Shown here piece after piece: positions 53,955-64,000 of a stretch of 64,000 nt of DNA. Location of the stretch: assembly GCF_004010195.1 (NCBI RefSeq), contig NC_057751.1, positions 17,709,768-17,773,767 on the forward strand, written 5' to 3'. The stretch's first letter is position 1. The number at the start of each line of letters is the position of its first letter. A model generated the notes under the pieces. The model saw only the letters and a list, made by a program, of their open reading frames with translations. It did no database searches and was not told the origin of the DNA. The position numbers and the translations under genes are program-made. Source of the DNA: Chiloscyllium plagiosum (taxonomy: Eukaryota).

Positions 53955-54481
53955 TGTTGGGGAAAAGTTAGCATGGTTTGCCTGGAAGCCATTTTCCTAA
54001 TCCGGCTGAGGAACCATTTTATGTACCTAGAAAGTTTCTGGCTGTGCATTCTTTACTTATCTTCCTATGGTGTCAAGTTTGTGTTTTTCCCACTTTGATG
54101 AATGATCAGTGCAGGCTGTAGTACCAGTCAAGCAGATATAGACTTGTTAATTAGTCTCACTTCCTTCACGAGTTACTGCCACTTCATGGTCATTCAGCTA
54201 GTTGGGCAGATCTCTGCTCAGTGTTAGCAATATGTCGAATGCATGATAGTGCTTCAGTTTTGACACTAATGACTAACCTCTAATTTAGTACCAACTTGTA
54301 AGCATACCAAACTGTGTAATTAACGATCTGCCCCAATCCGCATTCACTGTATAATCCTGTAGTATCCTGATGTACTTCGGAATAGCACCGAACCACATAT
54401 AGGACGGTGAATTCCCCGTGATATATCATGTAATAAACTGATCAGTTCTCAAGGTCTGAGACTCGAGAGTTTTCTTCAACA
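53955..54481 (+). repeat. ERV 5' LTR
   Basis: TG...CA with imperfect inverted termini; AATAAA at ~54432; 54160-54481 homologous to 60352-60708. Confidence 0.85.
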
Positions 54482-54483
54482 AT

Positions 54484-54496
54484 TGGCGTAGTCGGC
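54484..54496 (+). promoter_or_regulatory. ERV primer-binding site, tRNA-Ser
   Basis: TGGCGTAGTCGGC, complementary to the 3' end of vertebrate tRNA-Ser (..GCCGACUACGCCA), 2 nt after the LTR. Confidence 0.85.
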
Positions 54497-54881
54497 TCAG
54501 CCTCATTTACTGTGGAATTTGTCTTGTAAGAAACAATGTTTTAAATTTGTGTTCAGTTGACTATTAGAGTGTGAAGGGCTACTGGAAATTACTTCTACTG
54601 GCCGCACGCATGACCCTGACCTGGGCCTTGCAGGCTGATCCCCTGGGGGCAAGACGGAATAAGGGAAAGATCGCATTAAATTTCTTTTTAGTTTGATCTG
54701 ACCTGAGATTGCTTGCTGATCCCTGGGGCAAGACAGAAGATGGACTATAGCCTAAAGCACTGCTTCTCTAAGGAGCTTGAGGAGTGGTTGCAGCGCTGCT
54801 ATTTGTACTGTTAATTCTTTTGACTTTGTCTGTTTTGTTGCTTTGTTTAGACGTGATTGTTTGCGATTCCAGGGCGGTGCG

Positions 54882-56790
54882 ATGGGTTTGCGAGTATCTA
54901 CAGGACTGATTGAATCGCTGGCCCCCGGAACAGGTCAATCACATTCTGTTGTGCATGCCGGACCCCGTCCTTTGGCCCCATTGGGGGCTATCTTGAAGCG
55001 CCATGGTAAATATGTTCGTTGCAAGAGTAAGGTAGGAGAACCTCTCATCCCCCCCCGGGCTCGCTGGCTGACACCGACTGGAAGGAGACTGGTGACAGCC
55101 GGTATCTTATCCCTTTCACCTCCGATCTGTATGGTTGGTCCCATGGCAATTAGCCTTGTGGGGGCTCTTTTCGGTTGGATAAGATTGATTACTGTGGTCT
55201 AGATCAGAGTGCTTCTGGAAAAGCACAGCAGTTCAGGCAGCATCCGAGGATCAGGAAAATCGACGTTTCTGGCAAAAGCCCTTCATCAGAAATAGAGCTC
55301 AGGAAGCTGCTTGACTAGCTGTGCTTTTCCAACACCACTCTAATCTAGACTCTGGTTTCCAGCATCTGCAGTTCTTGCTTTAACCTAAGATTGATTACTG
55401 GCTTGTGAACATTGAGGGTGGGTACAGGGATCACTCCTGGGACACCAGGTACATGGTCGTGTGTCTGGAGAAGTTTAAGGAAGTTGATAAAGACCATCAG
55501 TCCCCCAAGACTAAAAACCGCTCTCAGCATTCCAGTGAAGCTGGCGGCCTTTCCGCTACTGCGGATCCCGCTTATACCGCCCCTCCACCTTATTCCACCC
55601 AGTATCCCAAACTTGCCACCCCTACCTCAGACTCTGACTCTCAGGTTGATGAAATTGCTGCTCTTGTGGCCTCACGGCTGCAAGGTCGGGATGCTGCTCA
55701 AGATGCTGCAGCAGCTGCTCTTCCACACCAACCCGAAACCTCACATGCTTCGCAGGGTCCAAGTGCTCGTCTTGCTGGTTCTGATGCAACGGTTCCTGAT
55801 TCCAGCTCAGAGGCTGCTGTCTTCCTTTCCACTGATGGTGCTACTACTGGGCTGCGTAGCCACTTCGACATGACTCTCCAATCCCAGGACACGATGAAAT
55901 ACGCCACCCTGTCTCCCCGGATCATGATTGGTGACGTCCCTTTTGACACGTGCTGAGGTCCGGGCTATGCTCCAGGATGCCCCCGACCCGATTAAGCATT
56001 CTCCTTCCTTTTGTGGTGGGCTCGTTCAGGTCTGCGATATTTACAACTGCCTGCCTCAGGATGTGAACACTTTGCTGTGTTTGGCGTACGCGGCTCGCTG
56101 GGCAGCTGTCAACGGCTCCCCGGTAATCCCTGCAGAGATGTAGGACAATGGAGACGCGCAGCCTGACTGACTGAGAGACTAGGTTTAACCCATTATTTTG
56201 GCAGCAGCGAGACAGCAGGCAGACTTCTGTGAAGTCACCTGCTGTCTGCAGAAATCTGATGAATCCTTCCCTGATTTTCTTGCTCGCTTTAAGGAGGTTT
56301 GGGAGTCGACTGCAGGCATCCTCCTCGCGACTAATGACAAATTGGCCTCCCAGACTCTGATTCATTGCATGCAGCCCCGACATGTCCATACTTAAAAGTC
56401 TCTTAATCTTGATTGGCAAACAAAAACTTGCCATCATTTCTCTTATTTCTCTCACTAACATGGTGCATAAGGGCCTTTTCGAAACCAGGAAGTGACAGGA
56501 TGTCATTTCCCCACTTAACGCAGGCAGGGTTTCAGAATCAGGCTAGTAGCACGAGGAAGCGGGTCGGCAGCAGATATTAGCCAGGGTCAGTGCAGTTCGT
56601 GTGGGAACTGTGGTCACTGGTCACAGGACTGCCGCGCTTCACCCCCTCAGCGGGTTCCCCAGCAGCAACCTGTTTTCCCCATGCAGCGGCAGCCTTTGCC
56701 GGCCAGCTACTTTGTTGGCAACCCCGTCCCCGCTACTCTGCAAGCCTCGGGCAGCCGCATGAGGGAGGTTTTGCAGGCGACTTCAATATG
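54882..56790 (+). pseudogene. gag: ERV gag (disrupted)
   Basis: MGLRVS myristoylation consensus at 54882; YTAPPPY late domain; Q..DESFPDFLARF (major-homology-region-like); CSSCGNCGHWSQDC zinc knuckle 56591-56632. Confidence 0.85.
55195..55385. mobile_element. Fold-back Penelope-derived mini-element with perfect 15-bp TSD; hammerhead motif on - strand at 55262-55289
   Basis: TSD taagattgattactg 55180-55194 / 55386-55400; minus strand CTGATGA-A-GGGC-TTTT-GCCA-GAAACGTC. Confidence 0.9.
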
Positions 56791-59700
56791 GCTCTCCCAC
56801 TCCCCGTATGAGAATACTATGGTGGACTTTGAAATGGGTGGCCATATAGTTTCGGTTCTGATGGACTCCGGGCCACTCATTTCTCTGTACCTCACTCAGC
56901 AGCTCTTCCTGACAGCTCTGATACTGTTAACTCTGTTGGTGTCTCTGGAGTACCCTTCAAGGATTCTCTCTCAGATCCTATCCTTATTGGTGTTCGCCCA
57001 TGCACGGTGCCTGACCGGGCTATAAGATCCCTTCCTGCCTCGTCGACCTTTTGGGCGCCAAACACGATGCAAACGTAATGCCTCTATTCGCTGTTCCCCT
57101 CAGGGGCTTACACTGGAGCTTTCTGCCTTCAATTTGCCCATGCTGCATGCTGCTATATTTAATCTGTCATTCCCACTCAGCCCTCCTCCCTCCCTTTATG
57201 CTTGTGCATCCCACGTGAACCTTGTGCACGCCTCTTTCCTCGCCTATCTTCCATCTTTACGACATGCTCCGCCATTCCCCACGACTTCCTTCCTTCACTG
57301 GATCCTTCAGGCGAGTCATTTTCTGCGTGATTTATATTGCGATGCGGCTTACTTCTCCTCCCATGAGCCATCCTACCCCATTCTTGTGGGACCCTACCTC
57401 GACATGCCCTCTGCCCTCCAGCTGACTGGGCTTTATTATGTTGGGCAGGAAGGCTTGGCAGTAGAGGTCCGACTTGCTGCCGATCAGCAGCAACTGTTCC
57501 GCTCAGACACGGTTTCCTTCTCCTATGTCCCAGTTGTGTTTAAAGCCACGACACGCCTGCAGGATTTGGGGCCCATTTTGCTTCGGGTCCGGAAGTTGTA
57601 GCGGGAATTTCGGCCCCTAGTCGTGTCCGAACCTGACTCCCTGCAGGCTGGTGAGTTGGGACCGGACAGATTGCGCGTTCGTTGCCGAACGTTCACAGTG
57701 CCTCAAGTTTTTGTCCTGGTGATACCATTGTCCACCCCGAGCTTTAGCAGCCGCATGCTACTTGAGGCTCTCCCTCCATCGTCGTGGGCGCAACATTCCA
57801 ATGACGCGGGCCTAGTGTCACCAGCTACACTTCACACAGTCACTGTGAAGTCAGAGCCACCTTGCCGTCTTTAAGACAGTATAATCTGTCACCGGCTGCA
57901 GCTAAAGGGATTAAAACATTTATTGAACCCCTTCTGCACCAGGGCATCCTGGTCCCTACTGTGAGCCTCTGAAACACAGCTGTAATCCGTATCCCCAATC
58001 CGGGGAAACCAGACCGATGGAGGTTTGTGCAGGAGTGGTCTCCTGCTCTCCAGTGGTCCCGGATGCTAATGCAATCCTTACGAGCCTCATTGCTACCGCT
58101 ACCTGTTTTTCAGTTATAGACCTCTGCTCAGCCTTTTTCTCCATTAAATTTGCCCCGAAAGTCAGTACTTTTTTGCCTTTACTTATGACGGTCGCCAATA
58201 TTCAAGGACACAGCCTCCACAAGTGTACATGGAGACTCCCCACTGTGTATGCCTCTGCAGTGCACAGGACCCTGAAGGATCTCTGCTTGACAGGGCACAG
58301 TACCTTGATCCAGTATGTCGAGGATTTGTTAATGGCTTCTGCCTCGCCTGCTGCTTGAATGGCGGACACTATGGCGCTGCTCCACTGTCTGGCTCAGGAT
58401 GGACATAAAGTCTCAGTGGTAGATGCAGCTCTACCAGATGCAGCTCTACCAGATGAAAGCACAGGACCTGGGACATGAGTTTACACACGGCCGCAGAGCT
58501 TTATCTCCTTATCGCCTTGCAGCCATTGTCAAACTTTCTCCTCCCGCTTCACGTTCTGAATTGCTGACTTTCCCGGGCGTGGTGAACTATTGCAGACACT
58601 GGTTCCCAGACTATCGTATCGTGGATGTGCCACTCCGTGAGGCTTCCTCAGCAAAGCAGCCAACCCGAGTGACATGGACGCCTGAGATGTCACGGGCGTT
58701 TGACACACATAAACAATGCCTGGCCTGGGCTCCTGCTCTGGGTATACTTAATTATGTGCTGCATCAAACCAACATTTTACAGCATCACAGAGAACTGGCT
58801 ACGAGGTCATCTTACTATCCCGTACCAAGCTAACATTGCAACGCGCACCCGGGCTGAGTCCAGCTACCCTTCCCCAACCTCCCATGATCAACCTGAGGCG
58901 GACCGTGACTGCTTGCATGTAGTGCAAGAGATTGTCACCCCATGCCCTGACATCTCTGAGACCCCATTAGACAACCCAAACATGATTCTCTTTACTGAGA
59001 GTTCCTCTTTTCGGCTCTCGGATCATCAAATGTTAGCCGGAGATGCGATCTGCACACCTTTCGATACCCTCCAATCAGCTGCATTGCCGGAAGGGACTTC
59101 TTCGCAAGCAGCCGAATTGTTTGCCCTCACCAGAGCCTTTATTCTAGCTCACAGAAATTCTGTTAATAATCACAATGAGTCCAGATGTGCATTGGAGTGG
59201 TACATGGGTTTGGAGCCCTATGGAAGCATAGATGATATATTAATTCATCTGGGAGACCCCTGCAACATGCCCTACTCTTCAAAAACCTTCTGCAGGCGAC
59301 AATGCTTCCTCTGTTGTGGCTGTGATTAAGTTTGCTGCCCATACTGCTACCGACGATCCAATATCCCGAGGGAATGCATGTGGTGACCAAGCTGCAAATC
59401 GAGCTGCTTTAACCCCTACTGTATATGTCTTGCAGGCTCTCAAGATGGGGAATTCAAAAGATGCTTTCGACCTAGTGGTGGATGGGATACTGGCCGCTGA
59501 GCGGGATACCCCTCAGGCCAAGAAAGATAGCTGGGTGCGTATAGGTGCCAGGGAATCAGGCAGTTTATGACTAATACAACACTCGGATGGTAGAACCGTC
59601 TGTCTCCAATCGAACGTGCATGTTTTGGCATTGGCTGCCCATAGAGGTGATCACACAGGAAGACGGGGAATGATACATGCAGGAAGACAAACCTGCATGC

Positions 59701-60252
59701 TCCCGCCTTCATTGCGACAGCACAAGTGGTAGTTTTTCACTGCCTGATATGCCTACAGAGTAATAATGCTAAACCACTGGCCAAGTATGATTACGTGCCT
59801 GCCCCAGATGGACCCTTTCATCATTTGCAGATTGATTTTTCCGATATGCCACCGAAACTGGGTTTTAAATACATCCTTGTCATAGTTGATATGTTTTCCA
59901 AACGGGTGCAAGGATAGTGCTACAGTGTCTCATGAAGGATGTGATTCCTCGGTTTGGTGTCCAAAATAGTGTTAACAGGAAGAGAGGGACGCATTTTACT
60001 GCTGAGCTCACAAAAGGGGTTAGTAAAATTTGGGGTATTACAAGGACACACCACGTTCCGTGTCAGCCCCAGTCCTCGGGGATAGTGGAACGGATGAATG
60101 GCACCCTTAAAATTACTTTCACCAAGGTCACCAAGGAAACGATCATGCCGTGGCCAGAAGCATTGCCACGAGCCCTTTACACTCTCTGGAGCCAAGTGAA
60201 TCGATCTACACGTCTATCTTCGCACTCATGGCTCCCTTTTGGACTATGTTAA
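56791..60252 (+). pseudogene. pol: ERV pro-pol (protease, 2H-like insert, RT, RNase H, integrase), disrupted
   Basis: VLMDSG protease; YVED at 58314-58325; RNase H and DDE integrase motifs over several frames. Confidence 0.9.
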
Positions 60253-60340
60253 CTCATTGTGCCAGGTCATCACTCACAACCACGATTTAGTCAAGGAGGC
60301 ATTTCCTTCGCCGTGTGATAGCCCCATGCATGCGTTCTAC

Positions 60341-60708
60341 AAAGGGGAATATTCCTTCATGATTTATTGCCACTTCACGGACATTCAGCTAATTGGGGAC
60401 ATCTCTGCTTAGTGTTAGCAATCTGAGTAAATCGAACAAATGGTGATACCATTTGTTCTGTCCACTTTGGAATGCATGATAGTGCTTTCTTTTTGACCAT
60501 AATGACTAACCTGCAATTTAGTACCAAATTGTAGGCCTCCCAAACTGTGTAATTAAGGATCAGACCCTGCTTTCTCTATGTAATCCTATCGCATCCTGAT
60601 GTACTTCAGACTACCGCCAAACCACAGTTAGAACGGCGAATTCCTCATGATATATTGTGTCATAAATTAATCAGTTCTCAAGGTCTAAGTCTCGAATTTT
60701 CTTCAACA
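60341..60708 (+). repeat. Polypurine tract and 5'-deleted ERV 3' LTR
   Basis: aaaggggaa (60341-60349), then sequence aligning to 5' LTR from ~54160; ends ttttcttcaaca. Confidence 0.8.
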
Positions 60709-62609
60709 CTTATCCCAAACTAAATCAGTAGAGGAGTGCTCGTCAAAAGTTCTTTCAGCCTCCGATATGCTATCCTTGGCTAACAAGGCCACACCTCTCC
60801 CTCTTTTAGCGCCTTGCTGTTCTTAATGAAACGTCTAAACCCTGGAAGCTGCAACATTCAATCCTCACCCTTCTCCAGAAATGTCTCCGAAATGGTTCCA
60901 ACATCAAAGCCCCAGGCACCTATCCCAAGCTCATCTACCTTATTTCGGATACTTCTGGCATTTCAAACCAGGTTGCTGTCTGCCAGCCCATTCCTGTGAC
61001 CATGAGATCCTGTTCCTGTCCTCCCTACTCTCATCCTCCGGTGCACTGCAACGAACCCTCAGGTTCCCATTCCCTTACTGAGTTAGTTTAACCCCACCCG
61101 AATAGAACCAACAAATTTCCCACCGACGATATTAGTACCCCTCTGTCTCAAGTGAAGACCGTCCTATTTGTATAGGTCCCACCATCCCAGAATGAGACCT
61201 AATTATCCAAGTACCTGAAACTCTCCCTCCTGCACCATCCTTGCAGCCACGTGTTAGGCTGATATCTCTTCCTACGCGTTGCTTCACTATCACGAGGCAC
61301 AAGTAACAAACCGGATACAAAAACTCTGCCTGTTCTAACGCCCAGCTTCCACCCTAACTCCCTGAAATCCTGCCTTACACCCCTATCCCTCTTTCTGTCT
61401 ATGTCATTGGTACCTAGGTGGACCACGACTTGGGGATGGTCGCCGTCTCCCTTCAGGATAGCAAAGATACGATCCGAAACATCACAGACCCTGGCACCTT
61501 GGAGGCAACATACCAAACCTTGAGTGTCGTTCGTTTCCAACAGACCTATTATCTGACCCTCCGACTAATGACTCCCCAATGACTAATCCTCTCCTCCTTT
61601 CCCTCCTTCCCTTCTGTGCAACAGGGACAGTCTCTGTGCCAGAGACCTGGACCTCACTGCATACCCCTGGTAAGTCGCCCCACCGCAACAGTATCCATAA
61701 CAACATACATGTTCTTCAGGGGAACAACCACAGGGATCCCTCCATTGATAGTTTATTCCCCCTTAGAACAGTCACCCAGCTTTCGTCGAGGAGCAACTAC
61801 TTTCCTGTAACTCTTATGTATCACAGCCTCTGCCTCCCGAATAATCCGAAGTTCATCCAGCTCCCACTCGAATTCCCTAACCCGATCTTGGTGGAGGAAG
61901 AGTTGGATTAACCTCCTGTAGATGTACTTGGAAAGGACACTAACAGCGTCCCTCACCTCAAACGTCATGCAGGAGGATACCTCCTCTCCCTGCATTGTCA
62001 TCTCTGCTGGACCACTTATCAGAAAGTAAAAAAGAAGAGATGTATAAATGGAGGACTTCCGCGCTCGAGATAAGATTTTAAAGGTTTAATTTGTGACTCA
62101 CTGCTCACGGAAGGCCACCTGGTCCAAACCCCCGCCCTTCGAGCTGCTGCTGCTGCTGCTGCTGAAAAACAGAAACAGAGTACTCCCGTGCTCGAGGGAA
62201 GTTTTTAAACGTTCAAATCAGTGAAACGCCGCTCCCGGAAGGCCCCTGGTCCATGCTCCCGCCCTTCCAGCTGCGGCAACTACGAGAAGCAAAACTGGTC
62301 ATAAACAAAAAGAATTTGCAAAAGCAAAAGCGATGTGCTTGTGACAAAACATCGGTCATGGGAATGCAAAGATGAAGGCCATCGAGGAATTGCCACATCC
62401 AACCTAGAGGAAAAGAAGCTTCAATTCGTAGGACGAAGCGTATTCTATCGATAGTTTGTTTCTATCAGAAGGAGAACACAACGTTTCAGTGGACAGAACA
62501 ATGCCAGGAGGCATTCTACCATTTGAAAGCAATATTAACTGGTGCATCAGTTTTAGTTTTCAAGTTGTCATAGGGCCTGTACTGCGCTGTAATGTTCTAT
62601 GTTCTATAA

Positions 62610-63770
62610 TGTCAAATGTAGATGTTGATGACTGTGGGTATTGACGAGTGTTGATATTGACGAATGTTGGTGTTGACAATAGTTAGTATTGACGAATGTT
62701 GATATTGATGGATGTGGATATTGACAAAGATTTTTATAGATGAAAGTTAAGTTTGATGAATGTGGATATTGATGGAAGTGGCTATTGACGAATGTTGATG
62801 TTGACGAATATGATGTTGATTAATGTTGGTATTGATTAATGTTAGTATTGATGAATGTGGATATTGACAAATGTTTAGAGTTTATGAATTTTGGTCCTGG
62901 TGAAAGGTAGCATTGACGAATATTGATGGTGATGAATGCTGATACTGACGCGTGTTGATCCTGATTAATGTTGATCTTGACGAAAGTTGCTATTCACAAA
63001 GTTGGTATTGACGATTGTTGATATCAATGAATGTCTGTTTTGACGAAATTGGATATTGATAAACGTTCACATTGAATGTGGATGTTGAGGAATATTGATT
63101 TTGACGAATGTTGTAATTAACAAATATAGACATTGATGAATGTTAATGTTGACGAATGTCGATGTTGATTACTGTTGATATTGATTAATGTTTTTGTAGG
63201 AGAAAGTGAGGACTGCAGATGCTGGAGATCAGAGCTGAAAATGTGTCGCTGGAAAAGCGCAGCAGGTCAGTCAGCATCCAAGGAGCAGGAGAATCGACGT
63301 TTCGGGCATGAGCCCTTCTTCAGGTTATTTGTAGGTTAGATTAGTTCTTAATTGAGTCCTTTTTTTCTTCTTTTTTTCTATTTGTTGTGTTTCATTATTG
63401 TTTATTTAACATTTAATGGTGTATTAGTGTTTAATGTTGTGTTATTTTGTAAGTTTGTAAAAAATTTTTAAAAATGTCCTTTTTCTACAATAAAAATATC
63501 TATAAATATACTGAAGCATGTTGATTTTGATGAACGTTGATATTGACAAATGTTCATCTTGAAGAAAGTTGGTACTGACGAATGTTGATATTGGTGAATG
63601 TTGGTTTTGACGAATGTAGGTATTGATGAATGTTCGTATTCACAAGTATGGCTATTGACAAATATAGATATTGACGAATGTTGTTATTGACGAATATGGA
63701 TATTGAAAAATGGCGATGTTGATGAATGTTGGTATTATTGAATGTTGTATTCACGAATGTTGACACTGAT
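62610..63770. repeat. Degenerate 16-bp tandem repeat (GAYGAATGTTGATATT)n, interrupted at ~63190-63510
   Basis: Consecutive 16-mers gacgaatgttggtgtt/gacaatagttagtatt/gacgaatgttgatatt/gatggatgtggatatt. Confidence 0.85.
63199..63324 (-). mobile_element. Penelope-derived mini-element with intact hammerhead core (63296-63323)
   Basis: Minus strand CCTGAAGA-A-GGGC-TCAT-GCCC-GAAACGTC-GA; flanked by tttgtagg at 63193-63200 and 63328-63335. Confidence 0.9.
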
Positions 63771-64000
63771 TCGAACTTTGGTTGATGGTCATTTGCCTGA
63801 CTATATTATTCTCCTCTGCTGTGTTGGTGCGATCGCTTGGCGCTGCTGCCAATGGTATTGACGAGGCTGGACCACACAAATCATGCTTAAGCAGGCAGCT
63901 CAGACCGTAGCTTTGCTATTTTTTTCAGTAAGAGAACAGTAAAAACTACCTAGCATAACTTAGCTAGGTTGACATCCAAGTTTTAAAACAAACAAAAAAG

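Larger units (their letters stand above)
53955..60708 (+). mobile_element. Endogenous retrovirus, class I (epsilon-like), env-less, decayed
   Basis: Termini TGTTGGGGAAAA..TTTTCTTCAACA; PBS; gag, pro, RT (IDLCSAFFSI, QYVEDLL, GVVNYCRHW), RNase H (SSQAAELFALTRA, GN..GDQAA), integrase (LQIDF, PQSSGIVERMNGTLK). Confidence 0.95.
51381..62276 (-). mobile_element. Full-length CR1 LINE (5' UTR, SGNH-esterase ORF1, ORF2) split by the ERV
   Basis: ORF1 VIGESLV, CCLQGARV..VVVHLGTNDI; ORF2 60709-61000 continues at 53954 down to 51381 (GEHFGKSDHN, NYRPISLTS, SKFVDNTK); (TTCTATG)n tail at 51381. Confidence 0.9.
48252..62570 (+). mobile_element. Gmr1-like Gypsy LTR retrotransposon (decayed; integrase before RT), fragmented by insertions
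   Basis: Integrase C-terminus (FKARFSRPYQI..CHMSMLNPY) then RT start (LKQHPY, SSLIVLVPK, PFGMKNNPAIFQR); YLDD at 51313-51324; RT resumes at 62277 (QLREAKLVIN, KMKAIEELP, FQWTEQCQEAF..LKAILT). Confidence 0.85.

Noticed and set aside
55922..56506. 194-aa antisense ORF in the ERV as an accessory gene
   Set aside because: No recognisable motifs; antisense ORFs are expected opposite GC-rich gag
60252..60340. env gene
   Set aside because: Only ~90 bp between integrase remnant and PPT; no furin, CX6CC or transmembrane motif
53950..60714. Target-site duplication of the ERV
   Set aside because: Flanks (aaccc / cttat) do not match; host CR1 is collinear but no TSD can be supported
62610..63770. CRISPR-like array
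   Set aside because: Units are contiguous degenerate 16-mers without unique spacers; no cas genes; vertebrate context

Overview
Repeat-dominated vertebrate genomic DNA, most likely from a cartilaginous fish. This is inferred from an HE1/V-type SINE, CR1 LINE dominance, and shark-type NLR and GPR139-like sequences. I see no intact protein-coding gene. Host-gene remnants are a GPR139/142-like GPCR pseudogene (18.0-18.9 kb, -) and a multi-exon NACHT-LRR (NLR) pseudogene (29.8-39.1 kb, -) that lacks its NACHT P-loop core. Mobile DNA includes many CR1 LINEs, an RTE LINE, and a near-complete Penelope/Poseidon element with three pLTR copies and an 11-bp TSD. There is also a four-level nest: a Gmr1-like Gypsy element contains a full-length CR1, which contains an env-less class I (epsilon-like) ERV, which contains a Penelope-derived mini-element. 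The most interesting signals are (i) short Penelope-derived elements, often fold-back and flanked by TSDs of about 8-16 bp, that carry minimal hammerhead ribozyme cores, and (ii) a degenerate 2H-phosphoesterase-like domain between protease and RT in the ERV. Three degenerate tandem arrays (about 70, 41 and 16 bp units) are present. All family assignments come from motif recognition by eye, with no database searches. Boundaries of decayed elements are approximate.
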